From: Flaccisagitta enflata
Lineage: Eukaryota
DNA: 64,000 bases
NCBI GenBank assembly: GCA_965153355.1
Contig: OZ231126.1
Coordinates: 10,168,001 to 10,232,000 of the forward strand
Reading direction: 5' to 3'
A program made the translations under genes and the position numbers. Under the pieces are notes generated by a model. The model made no database searches and had not been told where the DNA came from. It saw only the letters and a list, made by a program, of their open reading frames with translations. Below, piece by piece: positions 1 through 10,289 of the stretch (position 1 is its first letter; each line of letters begins with the position of its first letter).

Positions 1-280
1 CTCCTTTGCCCAGTCCTCCTTTTCCATCGGAGTGGTCTCCACGGTATATGGTAAATTCATCAACACCAAGTTCGTCATCCCTTATTGTGCTAGCTGCACC
101 AAATTCAGTTAACGCCAAAATATGTGGTTTCACAGTAGAAATAAGATCAAGGATTTCACTCCTTTTATTCATTGCCGATTGACAGTTTGTATGAATCATT
201 TTTACTTCATACTTTTCGCTGTTGGGCCGGCTTGCCCTATTCATTCTGTACAAAATACTAGGTCTACTTTCACCATTCAT
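1..280 (-). CDS. LINE ORF2 N-terminus, apurinic-type endonuclease (partial)
   Basis: Manual translation from ATG at 280 gives ...KMIHTNCQSAMNKRSEILDLISTVKPHILALTEF...FTIYRGDHSDGKGGLGKG. This matches the APE motifs NxxS, LxE and YRxD..GxG. Confidence 0.88.
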   Translation of the reverse strand, partial: MNGESRPSILYRMNRASRPNSEKYEVKMIHTNCQSAMNKRSEILDLISTVKPHILALTEFGAASTIRDDELGVDEFTIYRGDHSDGKGGLGKG

Positions 281-309
281 GGTGTTGCCGGGATTCCGGT
301 CACAATGAC

Positions 310-1581
310 TTAAAAAACTTGTCCACCTTCAGTGGATGACAGGGGAAGCATAATCGCTAATGGTGTGCCGGGCTGTCCTTTTGTTCCACTGCTTACCTGG
401 GTTGGGGTTATCTCCCCTTGTGACATTTGTGACCCTGATCCGCCTTGGCCACTCAATTCTGGCTCATTTCCAGTTTTCCTCCTCTTGGCATTGCCCTCTT
501 CATCACTTTTTTGTCGTTTTCTGGATCCTGCCCTTGAGCCGCTTGCGCTCATTGACGGACGTCCCCGCATTGATCCCCGATTTCGTCCTCTTGTTCTTCC
601 TCCTCTTCCTCCCCTTCCGGTGCCTCTTCCGCGCTGGGGGGCCACCCCCTTGTTTTCTTCCCTTTCTCTTTCCAGTCGGTACATCCTGGCTTCTTGTCTT
701 TGGTTATACGTGCGGTCTCGTGCAATGAATACATCATTCGCTAATGTGACCTCTTCTGCCGCCTTTGCGATTCTTTCACATTCTTCCGTACTCTTGAAGA
801 TGGCCAGGACCTTCCTTGCGTAACGGCCTTCATGACCAACTCGGATGACTTTTCTCGGCTTCAGATCATCAATTTTCAGCTCTGCCAGGATCTCTTTCAC
901 TTTCTCCTCGTCATGTTCGATTCGTTCATCAGTTTCCGTTGCTTTTGATTCAGGGATATTGGCGAAAACCAAGTTTTTCTCTCTTTTTTCAATCTCCCGG
1001 ATCTCCTTTACCACGGCATTTGTCTGTCTGATACTAAGTTGGTCCCCATCCAATTTGTCCAAACGATCTTCTAATTCCGCGGTTTTCTTTGTCGTCTGTT
1101 CCACCTTTTCCGTGGCCTTTTTCAATATTTCCTCCTGTGCATCGAGTCTGGCCTTGTTGTCAGCTTGCGTCTCTTCTACCTTTCCCACTCTCTGTGCGAT
1201 ATCATCGATCTTTTGCAAGCCTTCAAGCACCTTCTTTCTTTCCTCTTGTTGCTCTTCTTGCCCCTTCTTGATGCCATCAAGTTCTGCCATTACCCTTTCT
1301 CTCTCCGTTTGTTGCTCGTTTTGACCCTTCTTGATCGTGTTCAACTCTTTGTGGATCGTGTCAAGCGCTGTTTGAAGATTTTTACCTTTGGCTTCGCATT
1401 CACTGCATTTCCAGAAGCTTTTTCCGTGGTCGCGCATCATTCTGCATAATTCCTGGGCCAACTCTGCACATGAGAAGCAGAATTCCTTTGAGCAATCCGA
1501 GCACTTTAATCCAGGTCGAGGTTCCCCTTTGCGGTTTGTAATGATCTCGCATTTGGAACATTTGCCCACGACGGCAACCAT
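310..1581 (-). CDS. LINE ORF1 protein (PHD-like Cys cluster, coiled coil, RRM-like domain, RG-rich tail)
   Basis: 423-aa ORF with CSKC..CSDC..FCFSC..WKCSEC, a long coiled coil, REKNLVFANIPES, VFIARDRT and an RG-rich C-terminus, typical of CR1/L2 ORF1. Confidence 0.88.
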   Translation of the reverse strand: MVAVVGKCSKCEIITNRKGEPRPGLKCSDCSKEFCFSCAELAQELCRMMRDHGKSFWKCSECEAKGKNLQTALDTIHKELNTIKKGQNEQQTERERVMAELDGIKKGQEEQQEERKKVLEGLQKIDDIAQRVGKVEETQADNKARLDAQEEILKKATEKVEQTTKKTAELEDRLDKLDGDQLSIRQTNAVVKEIREIEKREKNLVFANIPESKATETDERIEHDEEKVKEILAELKIDDLKPRKVIRVGHEGRYARKVLAIFKSTEECERIAKAAEEVTLANDVFIARDRTYNQRQEARMYRLEREREENKGVAPQRGRGTGRGGRGGRTRGRNRGSMRGRPSMSASGSRAGSRKRQKSDEEGNAKRRKTGNEPELSGQGGSGSQMSQGEITPTQVSSGTKGQPGTPLAIMLPLSSTEGGQVF

Positions 1582-2433
1582 CTTGACTGCGTCCGTTTCT
1601 TGCTCGATCCAGAGTCACAATTTTCACTTTATTTTCGAGTCACAGTGTTCACTTTATTTTCGAGTCACAATGTTCACTTTATTGCCGGTCATGTAATTTT
1701 CTGAAGTTTGTGTCACTGTTCCACGGTAATGCGTGTGAGTTAATTGGCCACTTTTATATAACATAGGCACATTAATCTGAAAAGAAATCGCTTGACCAAG
1801 CGCGGCCTCCAGCCCTCGTCGACAACAATCGGTGACGCCTGGAGCTCGCGCTTAAACAAGCGAAGTAGTAGAAATTAGCTTTATCTTTTTTTCTGATTTT
1901 TAATGCAATAAATAAATTAATATTTTGTTAATATAATGTTAAAGCAAGCAGATACAAAAAACATGTCAGTGAGCACAACTGCTTTTCTGTGAGGGTGTTT
2001 TTAAGTATTCTAGCTTACTTAGCTTATTTAGCTCAGTCCTTTTTTATGATTGTTGATGGGATAAATAAATAAATATTTGATGTGAGCATGCAAATATAAG
2101 AAAGCATGTCATTGAGCATAGCTGGTTGTCTGGTTGAGTGATTTTGAGCATTTTAGCTCATCTAGCTTATTTGGCTCAGTCCTATCTTTCTCTGATTTTC
2201 AGTGCCATCAATACATCAAATTGTTCTTGATTTGATGTAACAAATAAAAAGATTTGCAGTGACTGGAAACAAAAGCTTGGTGAAAAGTGACCAATGCTTA
2301 CGACTTTTTTCCTCACGGCGTCAGCCGCTATTACTGGTATAGGTGTTGGCCTTGTTTTGGGATAATGGAACGGATCGACTATGGTATGGAGATAATTGTT
2401 AGTCGATCTCTATCATTAATATGCCCGGACTGA

Positions 2434-2635
2434 TTTTTAGTTGCGGACATGCAATTTTATTAGAGGTTTTGTCCGTCCTTTGATCCGTTGGTCCATCACG
2501 TCCGGGTTGAAAACGCGAAAAACGCGCATTTACGTTACTACAGAACTTCGTCATTGAATGAGTGTTAGTGACCGAAAGGGGGATGGGGGGTTGTTGTTGT
2601 TTGGGCGAGGCTTGGGATTGGATGCCCCTGCCCAC
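2434..2635 (+). mobile_element. HINE-like element (AGTTGCG family), interrupted by a hAT MITE; remainder ~3506-3550
   Basis: Begins tttttagttgcggacatgcaatt followed by GTCC-type repeats. Resumes after the insertion with ccttccgcaacg. Confidence 0.6.
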
Positions 2636-3505
2636 CAGGGTGAGGGTAACGAAGTCTTATTAGGTCTCAGAAACCTATGTTATTCAACGTACTACCCCCA
2701 ATCATTATGATAACAGATATACCAAGTTTCATGACTCTCTGACAAGTAATATCTTTCAGAAAAAGAGAAAAATAAGAAATAATTGAGTTGGTCTGCTTTC
2801 CACCGGCCTCTAGACTAATTTGAGGGTGGGGAATCCAATGGTGAGGTCAAAAATGATCTAGGACAAAGAATTATGAGGTCAACCCTGACCTGAGTATGCA
2901 TTTTGCCACATTTTGCTAGTACATGGCTACCATTTGTCTTTTGTCCCTCAAAACTGGCATTCAGGCAGGGAACAACACCTCTCGCGACCTCTCTCACTGA
3001 TCTAGTAGAACTAGAAAAACATAAAATCCTGATTTGAGCCCAGAGGCTTAGTAGGGGGGCAAGTTTTGAATAGGCTCCCCAGTTTGAGTGCTGAAAATGT
3101 CCAAAATATCCAGTGCGGGGCCTCAATGCTCATTCAGGTCTGGGTTGACCTCATAATTCTTTGTCTTAGAGCATTTTTGACCTCACCATTGGATTTCCCA
3201 CCCTCATATTAGTCTAGAGGCTGGTGGAAAGCAGACTAACTCACATTTTGTGATTTTTGGAAGATATTACTCTGACAAGTTCCTGATATGGCCTTCACCC
3301 CCCCTCCAATCATCATAGGATTCAATGCAATCGGAGCAAATTTTTGTGAACCTTTTTGCCCTTAAATAACATGGGGGGTGGCAACCCTATCAGGGACATG
3401 TCAGATGGTCATGAACCTTGGCAAATCTTATTATCATTATGAATTGGGGCAGTTTGTAGAACAACATAAGTTTATGACAGCTATGACCTCCTAACCCCCA
3501 CCCTG
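2636..3505. mobile_element. hAT-type MITE, 870 bp
   Basis: CAGGGTG...CACCCTG termini. Perfect 8-bp TSD CTGCCCAC (2628-2635 and 3506-3513). Internal inverted repeat ~2785-2895 vs ~3130-3243. Confidence 0.85.
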
Positions 3506-4139
3506 CTGCCCACCCTTCCGCAACGATATTCTGACCCCGCGTCGCTTAGTCGCATTCAATATTAAAATCGACTATGTTGACATTTTACAATCTAATCTTT
3601 TACATTTTTACATTCCTAATAACTAAAAACACTTCATGTTGAACACTTTCTAGCCCATTTAAAGTTTCAAACACTTTTCTAACTTGTAGCACTTGTTAAA
3701 ATTTTTCAGTTGCGGACACGCAACTCTATAGTCCGTCCGTCGGCCCATTGCACTATGGATTTGGTCTTTGACAGCTGCAAGACAGATCTTCCACAATCAC
3801 AATTTGAAAATTTCATGATTTTCCATCCTAGTATGTTAGTTCATGTTCTGAATGACTAATATGACCTATTGTTAGGGGCAAAAATTACTTTTCAATACCC
3901 TTAGCATGCCTCGTTACCATGGTTACCAGGCCCTTGTAAAAATATGTGAAAAAAACAGCTATTTTGTCCGAGCTAGTCCAGATACGCACTTGACAAAATG
4001 CCAAAGCGCATTCATGTGACTTTAAAAATTCTGGGCAAAATGCGGACAAAATGAATGATTTCCTGCACGATTTTGTTTCTATTTCCGAATCCTCAGCCAG
4101 AGCGAATTTAATTCGAATAGCTTTGGGCCGTAATACATT

Positions 4140-4225
4140 AAACCCAGCTAACCCTTAGCCCTAAAGCTAACCCTGTCCCTAACCCTAAAACTATCCCCAG
4201 CCCTAAACCCACCCCTAACCCTAAT
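4140..4225. repeat. Degenerate (CCCTAA)n telomere-like tract
   Basis: aaccct/ccctaa hexamer variants over ~85 bp. Confidence 0.5.
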
Positions 4226-4710
4226 TTAAAAAAACGCCTAAAATGTCTTGAAAATAAAAGATCACAGATGATCGTACAATTGTACCGACTAGGTCCATGC
4301 CAAAAATCTCGGATGTGACTCAAAAATTGAGGGAGAAATGACTCTTCAAAGATGCACCTATCCAAGAAATATTTCGCTTCAGAAATTCAAAATTTTCTTT
4401 TTTTGCACAGTTTTTCACTCATTCTCGCTATTAAAGATTGAAAGTACATCAAGTTGCTATTCTTTAGGTGCCCAGCAAATGTATAAATGGTTTTGCCTGC
4501 GCCGAAATACGGTTTTTTTAGGAATGAAAATTATATTTCATTTTTTCTTTTTTTGAAAATGCTGTAAATCAATCATTTTTGACTCAATCTTTCTGAAATT
4601 TGGTATCCGACTATTACTAGACACCATCTATCGGGGACACAGTCCATCCCATATCAAACAGCATTGTTACATATGTAGATAACTACATATATTCATTTGT
4701 ATAAATATAT

Positions 4711-4909
4711 AACAAGGCCGGATACACGGCTACCCCAGTCGCGTGCGGGTGGGCAAGGGCTGTAATTGAGGTCACCAGATCATTTGGGCAGGAGCAGTGA
4801 AGCCAAAAACCGCAAAATCCAAAAGAAGTAAAGTGTGACGGACGGACCGACGGACGGACCAACGAACCGACAAAGCGGGGTGTAGAGTCGCGTAGCATGC
4901 GACTAAAAA
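4711..4909 (-). mobile_element. HINE-like element (AGTCGCGT family)
   Basis: 5' hairpin agtcgc..gcgact, GTCC microsatellite, 3' subTIR acgcgact, terminal hairpin gccg-tgtatc-cggc followed by cttgtt. Confidence 0.75.
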
Positions 4910-5296
4910 TATAATCATAATTTAACTAAATGATATAAAGTCAGAATCTCGCATCATCTTTTACCGGAGTAGGAATTGATAATGTCCAAAAGTGAAAAAA
5001 TGAGTGTTTCAGACGCTTTTCGAGTATGAATTTGTGTAGAGGGGTGGGCGTATGGTGTGGATAGAGGTTGGACGCCCCTGCCCACCCGTCCGCAACGATA
5101 TTGTGACCCCGCGTCAGTTGTTGACTGTTTTCCACACTTATGACAATTTTATAATTGACACAATTAAACAAAAACTGTTTTAATAAGGCTTTGTGACGAA
5201 TGGACCGAAAAGTGGCTTACAAACTTTCCGCCCCAGCCCCCACCCAACCGCGACAAAATTGTAACGCCGGGTTACAAATTTTCATAAAATACCGAA

Positions 5297-5354
<58 letters not shown>

Positions 5355-6018
5355 GGAGAGAGGGGGAAGCAGAGTAAACGAGCGCTCGTGCGAGCATGAG
5401 TGAGTGAGTAAGAGAGATAGAGAGAGAGCGAGCAGTCAGAAAGCCGTGGTCGGGGAGATAATGACATCCGGATAGGTGGATTATAGTGGAAAACGCAAGG
5501 TATAAAGAAAGTTGAATGTGTTAAATAAGTTTTCCATATCAAATAATAAAGCATTCATGAACGCAAACCTTTTTGAGGCGTACAAAAGTAATAAAAGGCA
5601 AAGCCAAGAGAAAACAAGGCCGAGTACACGGCTACCGAAGTCGCGTGTAGGTGGGCAGGGGTGGTGATGAAAAGGCTAACTCAAACATTTGGGCAGAAGC
5701 AGTAACGTAAATGACGTCCAAAGACGCCAAATAATCTTAGCACTAAATACCGTCTATACAGAACGAAACTGACTAATACACTAAAACACTGAGACGAAAT
5801 CAAAACCAAGCGAGAAATGCATGTGTCAATTGTGTCATCAAATCAAAGATATTAGAACATCGAATGCGTTCAGTCTTTAGACACTTGACAAAATTACATA
5901 ACTTTACTAAATTCGACTGAGTCTAACAGAAATGCGGCACGTTGTCATTCGCTCTATTTGAGTTTCATAAATGAAGCAGAGTGTCGCTATGAAAGAGGGT
6001 GACGTGATGGTGCAACAT

Positions 6019-6308
6019 CTTTTTAGATGCGTCCTCGCATCTCTATAATAGGCTGTGTCCGTTGGTCTGTCTGTCGGTTGGTCTGTTGGTTGGTCGGTAA
6101 CGCATTCATTAAAAACATTGAAATCAAGCATTTTTTCAACAGAAAAGTGGTTATGACCCAGTAAAAGAAGCACACATCTAGTAATTCATTCATTAAATCA
6201 TTCACAAATGACATTCATTCATAAAAAACATTTATTCATAAAAAAACATTCATTTATAAAAAACATTCACACAAAGAGGACGCATCGTTGGCCTACTTGG
6301 CCTTGTTA
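6019..6308 (+). mobile_element. HINE-like element (AGATGCG family), overlapping the sacsin-like stop codon
   Basis: ttttagatgcgtcctcgcatct ... GTCT/GGTC repeats ... aggacgcatc gttggcc-tact-tggcc ttgtt. Confidence 0.75.
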
Positions 6309-6484
6309 ACTTCCAAACAAGTTTCATAGATGGCTAGATGGCGCTCAATGAGGCCAAGAATGACTGTGGCAAGTTGACGCGATTCCTCGGCCATTTGTGA
6401 GGAGACGCGATCTTCGGGAGTTTGCGGGTAGAAGGCGCTGTTGGGGTATCGCATGAACTGATCGTTTTGTAGCAACACCGCCAT
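6293..6484 (-). CDS. SACS: Sacsin-like gene, coding exon 5 (end of HEPN domain, stop)
   Basis: Acceptor ttccttcttgcag|ATG in phase 0. MAVLLQNDQFMRYPNS... contains the sacsin HEPN RYP motif. Confidence 0.85.
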   Translation of the reverse strand: MAVLLQNDQFMRYPNSAFYPQTPEDRVSSQMAEESRQLATVILGLIERHLAIYETCLEVNKAK

Positions 6485-6589
6485 CTGCAAGAAGGAAAGA
6501 AAAGTTAAGACGAGAAAACACAATGCACATCTCACGATCTATCTTTTATTCTCTACGACAAGATGCGTCATCGCATTGCTTCAAACGTT

Positions 6590-6590
6590 T

Positions 6591-6666
<76 letters not shown>

Positions 6667-6739
6667 GCTTTCTTTCCACTCATTTTCGCTACGATTAACT
6701 GACAACGTGTTTTTTTTTCTGTTCTGCTCCTTATTTTGT

Positions 6740-6803
<64 letters not shown>

Positions 6804-6901
6804 ACTTTCTTTCTTTCTTTCTTTCTTTCTTTCATTCCACTTATTTTTCGCTTCGATAAGCTGACAACGTGTTTTTTTTTCTGTATTGCTCCTTATTTTG
6901 T

Positions 6902-6985
<84 letters not shown>

Positions 6986-7191
6986 ACTTTCTTTCTTGCT
7001 TTCTTTCCACTTATTTTCGCTACGATTAACTGACAACGTGTTTTGTTTTTTTTTTGCTCCTTATTTTGTTCTTTCTTTCTTTCTTTCTTGCTTTCTTTCT
7101 TTCATTCCACTTATTTTTCGCTTCGATAAGCTGACAACGTGTTTTTTTTCTGTATTGCTCCTTATTATGTTCTCTCTCTCTTTCTTCCTTC

Positions 7192-7255
<64 letters not shown>

Positions 7256-7274
7256 TTTAATTTCCTTCTTTTTT

Positions 7275-7311
<37 letters not shown>

Positions 7312-7326
7312 TTTAATTTCTTTTTT

Positions 7327-7398
<72 letters not shown>

Positions 7399-7452
7399 TT
7401 CTTTCAATCTTTCTTTCGTTCTTTCTTTTACTTTCTTTCTTTTCTTTCTTTC
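6590..7452. repeat. Compound (TTTC)n microsatellite with four copies of a ~60-bp unique block, in sacsin intron 4
   Basis: Block tttcgct(t/a)cgat..ctgacaacgtgtt..tgctccttatt recurs at ~6680, 6840, 7010 and 7110. Confidence 0.85.
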
Positions 7453-7486
7453 TCATATTCTGAACACATAAAGATCACTGGGTCAC

Positions 7487-7621
7487 CTTGGTCAAAGGAT
7501 CATCCAGCTCCGAGCGAAGATCTTCGTCTAGGATGTGATGCTTCAAGGAAAAGAGATTGTGTCCGTGAGTGGCGTTCATTCCATTTTTCAGAATTGCCGC
7601 CTTCAGCGCTTTTTCCACGGC
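7487..7621 (-). CDS. SACS: Sacsin-like gene, coding exon 4 (HEPN domain)
   Basis: cag|GCC...AAG|gtgacc, 45 codons: AVEKALKAAILKNGMNATHGHNLFSL... This completes the HEPN signature Q-AVEKALKA with exon 3. Confidence 0.9.
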
Positions 7622-7689
7622 CTGATGGTGAAAACCAATCGTGGGAGGATGAAGGGCGTATCACAATGTACGCAAGAAATAAAAAAAAA

Positions 7690-7731
<42 letters not shown>

Positions 7732-7780
7732 TCTGCATGCCCTTCCTCAAAAAGGCAAGGCCATATCCACGATCTCCTAC

Positions 7781-9922
7781 CTGATAACTTTTGTAGGCGA
7801 TCCAGCTCGTAGATTCCTCGTCTTTGGCGGCTTTGAGATCAATCTGCGCCTGTTTCCACCACGTTGAATGATCGCGAATTTCCGATCGCGACACCGGTGT
7901 CAGTGACAATGTCGACGCGGTTGAAACGTTTGAGGGCTCGTTCACAAAGTTGATGCGAAACGCCTCTCGAAAGGGATTCGGCGGAGCGTGTTCGGTGAAT
8001 CGCTTCACCGTCCTGATAACGCGCTCAACGCGTCTCTCACTGACTTCGTACCACTCGCGCAAAAGCTGCGGTTTCTCCGCCACGCGCTGGACTGACTTGA
8101 TTCTGTCTTGAGTAAACTGAAATAGTTCCCCAGCCGCCTCTTCGTCGCATGGATATTTTTGCTTCATGCAGCAATTGTGAATCATTTGAAGGACGCTTTC
8201 TTGACGTTGGGAGGGCAGAGAATTGACGCAGCGATCGATTATGGCGCCAATTTGCTCCCGCGCTCGAGAAACGTTGAGAAGTTCGGAATTTTCGACGGAG
8301 GATTGGCTGTGGAAATGGAACATGTCCGAGTATTGCGCTGCGATTGGGGCGTTGGAGCCGATTTGAATCGTGTACTGCGCTTCCCACGGCATTTCCGACT
8401 CGGACACGGTGCATTTTGAAACGACCTGCGCGTATACGATCGTGTTTTGCGCGGTTTTGTATCCCACGACTTGTTTTTGTCTGAAAGCCGGGAAATTCAG
8501 ACGTCCTTCGTTGTTCACGTTGGATTGATAGAGCAGCCACTGCAAATCGTCTGAGACTTTGGATCCCGTTGTCCCAAAGACGTTGAGAAGCGATGGCAAA
8601 CTCGATAAGTGATCGTTGAGATCTGACGAGTGATTTGACTGAGTATCTGTCAGTCTGGCCAAGGATTGGAGGAAAATCTCTCTCTGGCGGGTTTCAAATT
8701 CTTTATTCCATCGGTCAAAGTCTGGCTTAGAACCCCTTGTAGACATAACTTCTCTTATTTGTCTTCTGGCCTGATCCTTCAGGGACAGATTGCTTTCTAG
8801 CCGCATTTGATGCCAGATTTTGCGACAGGCGTCGCTAAGCTCTTTTTGACTAGTGCAAGAGTTTTTCACCGCATTTAACTTGGCCTCAATCTCCTTGATC
8901 TTCAGTTCTTCCGTCCTTTCACTAAAATCCATACGTTGTAATTCAACCAAAGTTGCTGAACTACTGGACTTAGTATACCAAGTGTCTACTCTTTGCTGAT
9001 CCAAGAAGGAGTGCATGCGGGTCACTTTTTGTTTCAAAAAAGTGGAAATATGTCGATAGTCAGAGGAAATTTTTTCACCCAAACATTTTTGCACAATTTC
9101 CTCAAGATAATCTGCCAGCTTATCGTATAGTTGGTCGTCTAAATCAGCGTGATGATTTACTTGTAAATGAAAGCTGTCATCATCTGTCGTAAGAGCAAGT
9201 GGCTTTTCTTGTTTGCTTAGACATGTTGAATCGTGCATGATGGCACTTTTTAAACTATCGTGACAAGTCAAAAAAGACGACTCAAAGTAGGAGTGAAGTT
9301 TTTCGAATAAAGGTTCACCGTCTTTGTCAGTGCCTGTGATTACCAACCTGATTATGCACTCTTGTAAAATCTCTGAGTTCAGTATATTGTCAAACAGTTT
9401 GAGTCTTTCACAATCACCTCCATCAGGACAAGTTGTTGAAGCCTCAGCAACTTCTTCCCCATGAAAACTGCGAGGACCGAATTGACGAAGACGAATACAA
9501 AACTGCTTTGCCTCGTCCGGCGAAAACTTGCCAACACAAAGAGAATTAGACACCTGCAATCCAGCCTCTTTTACCAAAACTAACTCACTGCTGACCGCAA
9601 ATTTCTTTTCATTTGAGAGAAGGAACAAATTCTTGGTTGTGTTTTTAAAAAACTGCCTCTTTTTGAGCAAACTCAACATGTCTTCCATGACTTCAAAAAC
9701 GTTTGCTTTTTCTTGGTCTCCCACTTCTTGACCATCTGCATAATTCTTCTCCATTTCCAAAACTTGAGCCAGATGGTCCAAAGTTACGACTTCAGTGGCG
9801 CCGTGAAGTTTGAACAATTCAAAGTATCCTCTCAATTCTGGATGACATTGATAAATAATAGGCCTTCGTTCTTTCGTTGGCAATAAAACTAGTGGCGTTC
9901 GCCATACTGTGTTCCACGAAAA
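7781..9922 (-). CDS. SACS: Sacsin-like gene, coding exon 3 (end of repeat region, beta-rich segment, degenerate J-like domains, HEPN start)
   Basis: Lies within ORF 7661-9988. FRQKQVVGY..IVYAQV..YTIQIG..DMFHF resembles the sacsin pre-J segment. WWKQAQIDLKAA..SWIAYKSYQ|gtagga is the HEPN start and donor. The acceptor at 9922 (tttctttttcacgccaaatcaag|) is phase-compatible but less certain. Confidence 0.85.
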
Positions 9923-10006
9923 CTTGATTTGGCGTGAAAAAGAAAGGCAATAATTCATAAAACAAATGTAACAATAGTAACCAGACAAATCTGTGTTGTA
10001 GATAAT

Positions 10007-10212
10007 GGCCGCCTGTGGGCGGCCTAACTACTATCCATGGGCGACCTCACTGCCGCCTATGGGCGGTCCCACTGCCGCCTGTGGGCGGCCCCATTGCCGC
10101 CTGTGGGCGGTCCCACTGCCACCTGTGGGCGGTCCCACTGCCGCCTGTGGGCGGTCCCACTGCCGCCTGTGGGCGGTCCCACTGCCGCCTGTGGGCGGTC
10201 CCACTGCCGCCT
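10007..10212. repeat. 22-bp GC-rich minisatellite (gccgcctgtgggcggtcccact), ~9 copies, followed by (GT)n
   Basis: Directly visible tandem units, each containing a ccgcc/ggcgg inverted repeat. Confidence 0.92.
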
Positions 10213-10262
<50 letters not shown>

Positions 10263-10289
10263 ATATGTGTGTGTATGTGTGTGGAAAAA

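Larger units (their letters stand above)
1..1852 (-). mobile_element. 5' portion of a CR1/L2-group non-LTR retrotransposon (5'UTR, ORF1, start of ORF2); runs off the left edge
   Basis: Uninterrupted PHD-type ORF1 followed 29 nt later by an APE endonuclease ORF. The 5'UTR has short repeats (cactttattttcgagtcaca, ~1625-1680). The 5' boundary is approximate, placed at the switch to AT-rich sequence. Confidence 0.88.

Noticed and set aside
4140-4225. Telomere or chromosome-fusion site
   Set aside because: Short and highly degenerate, with no head-to-head arrangement.
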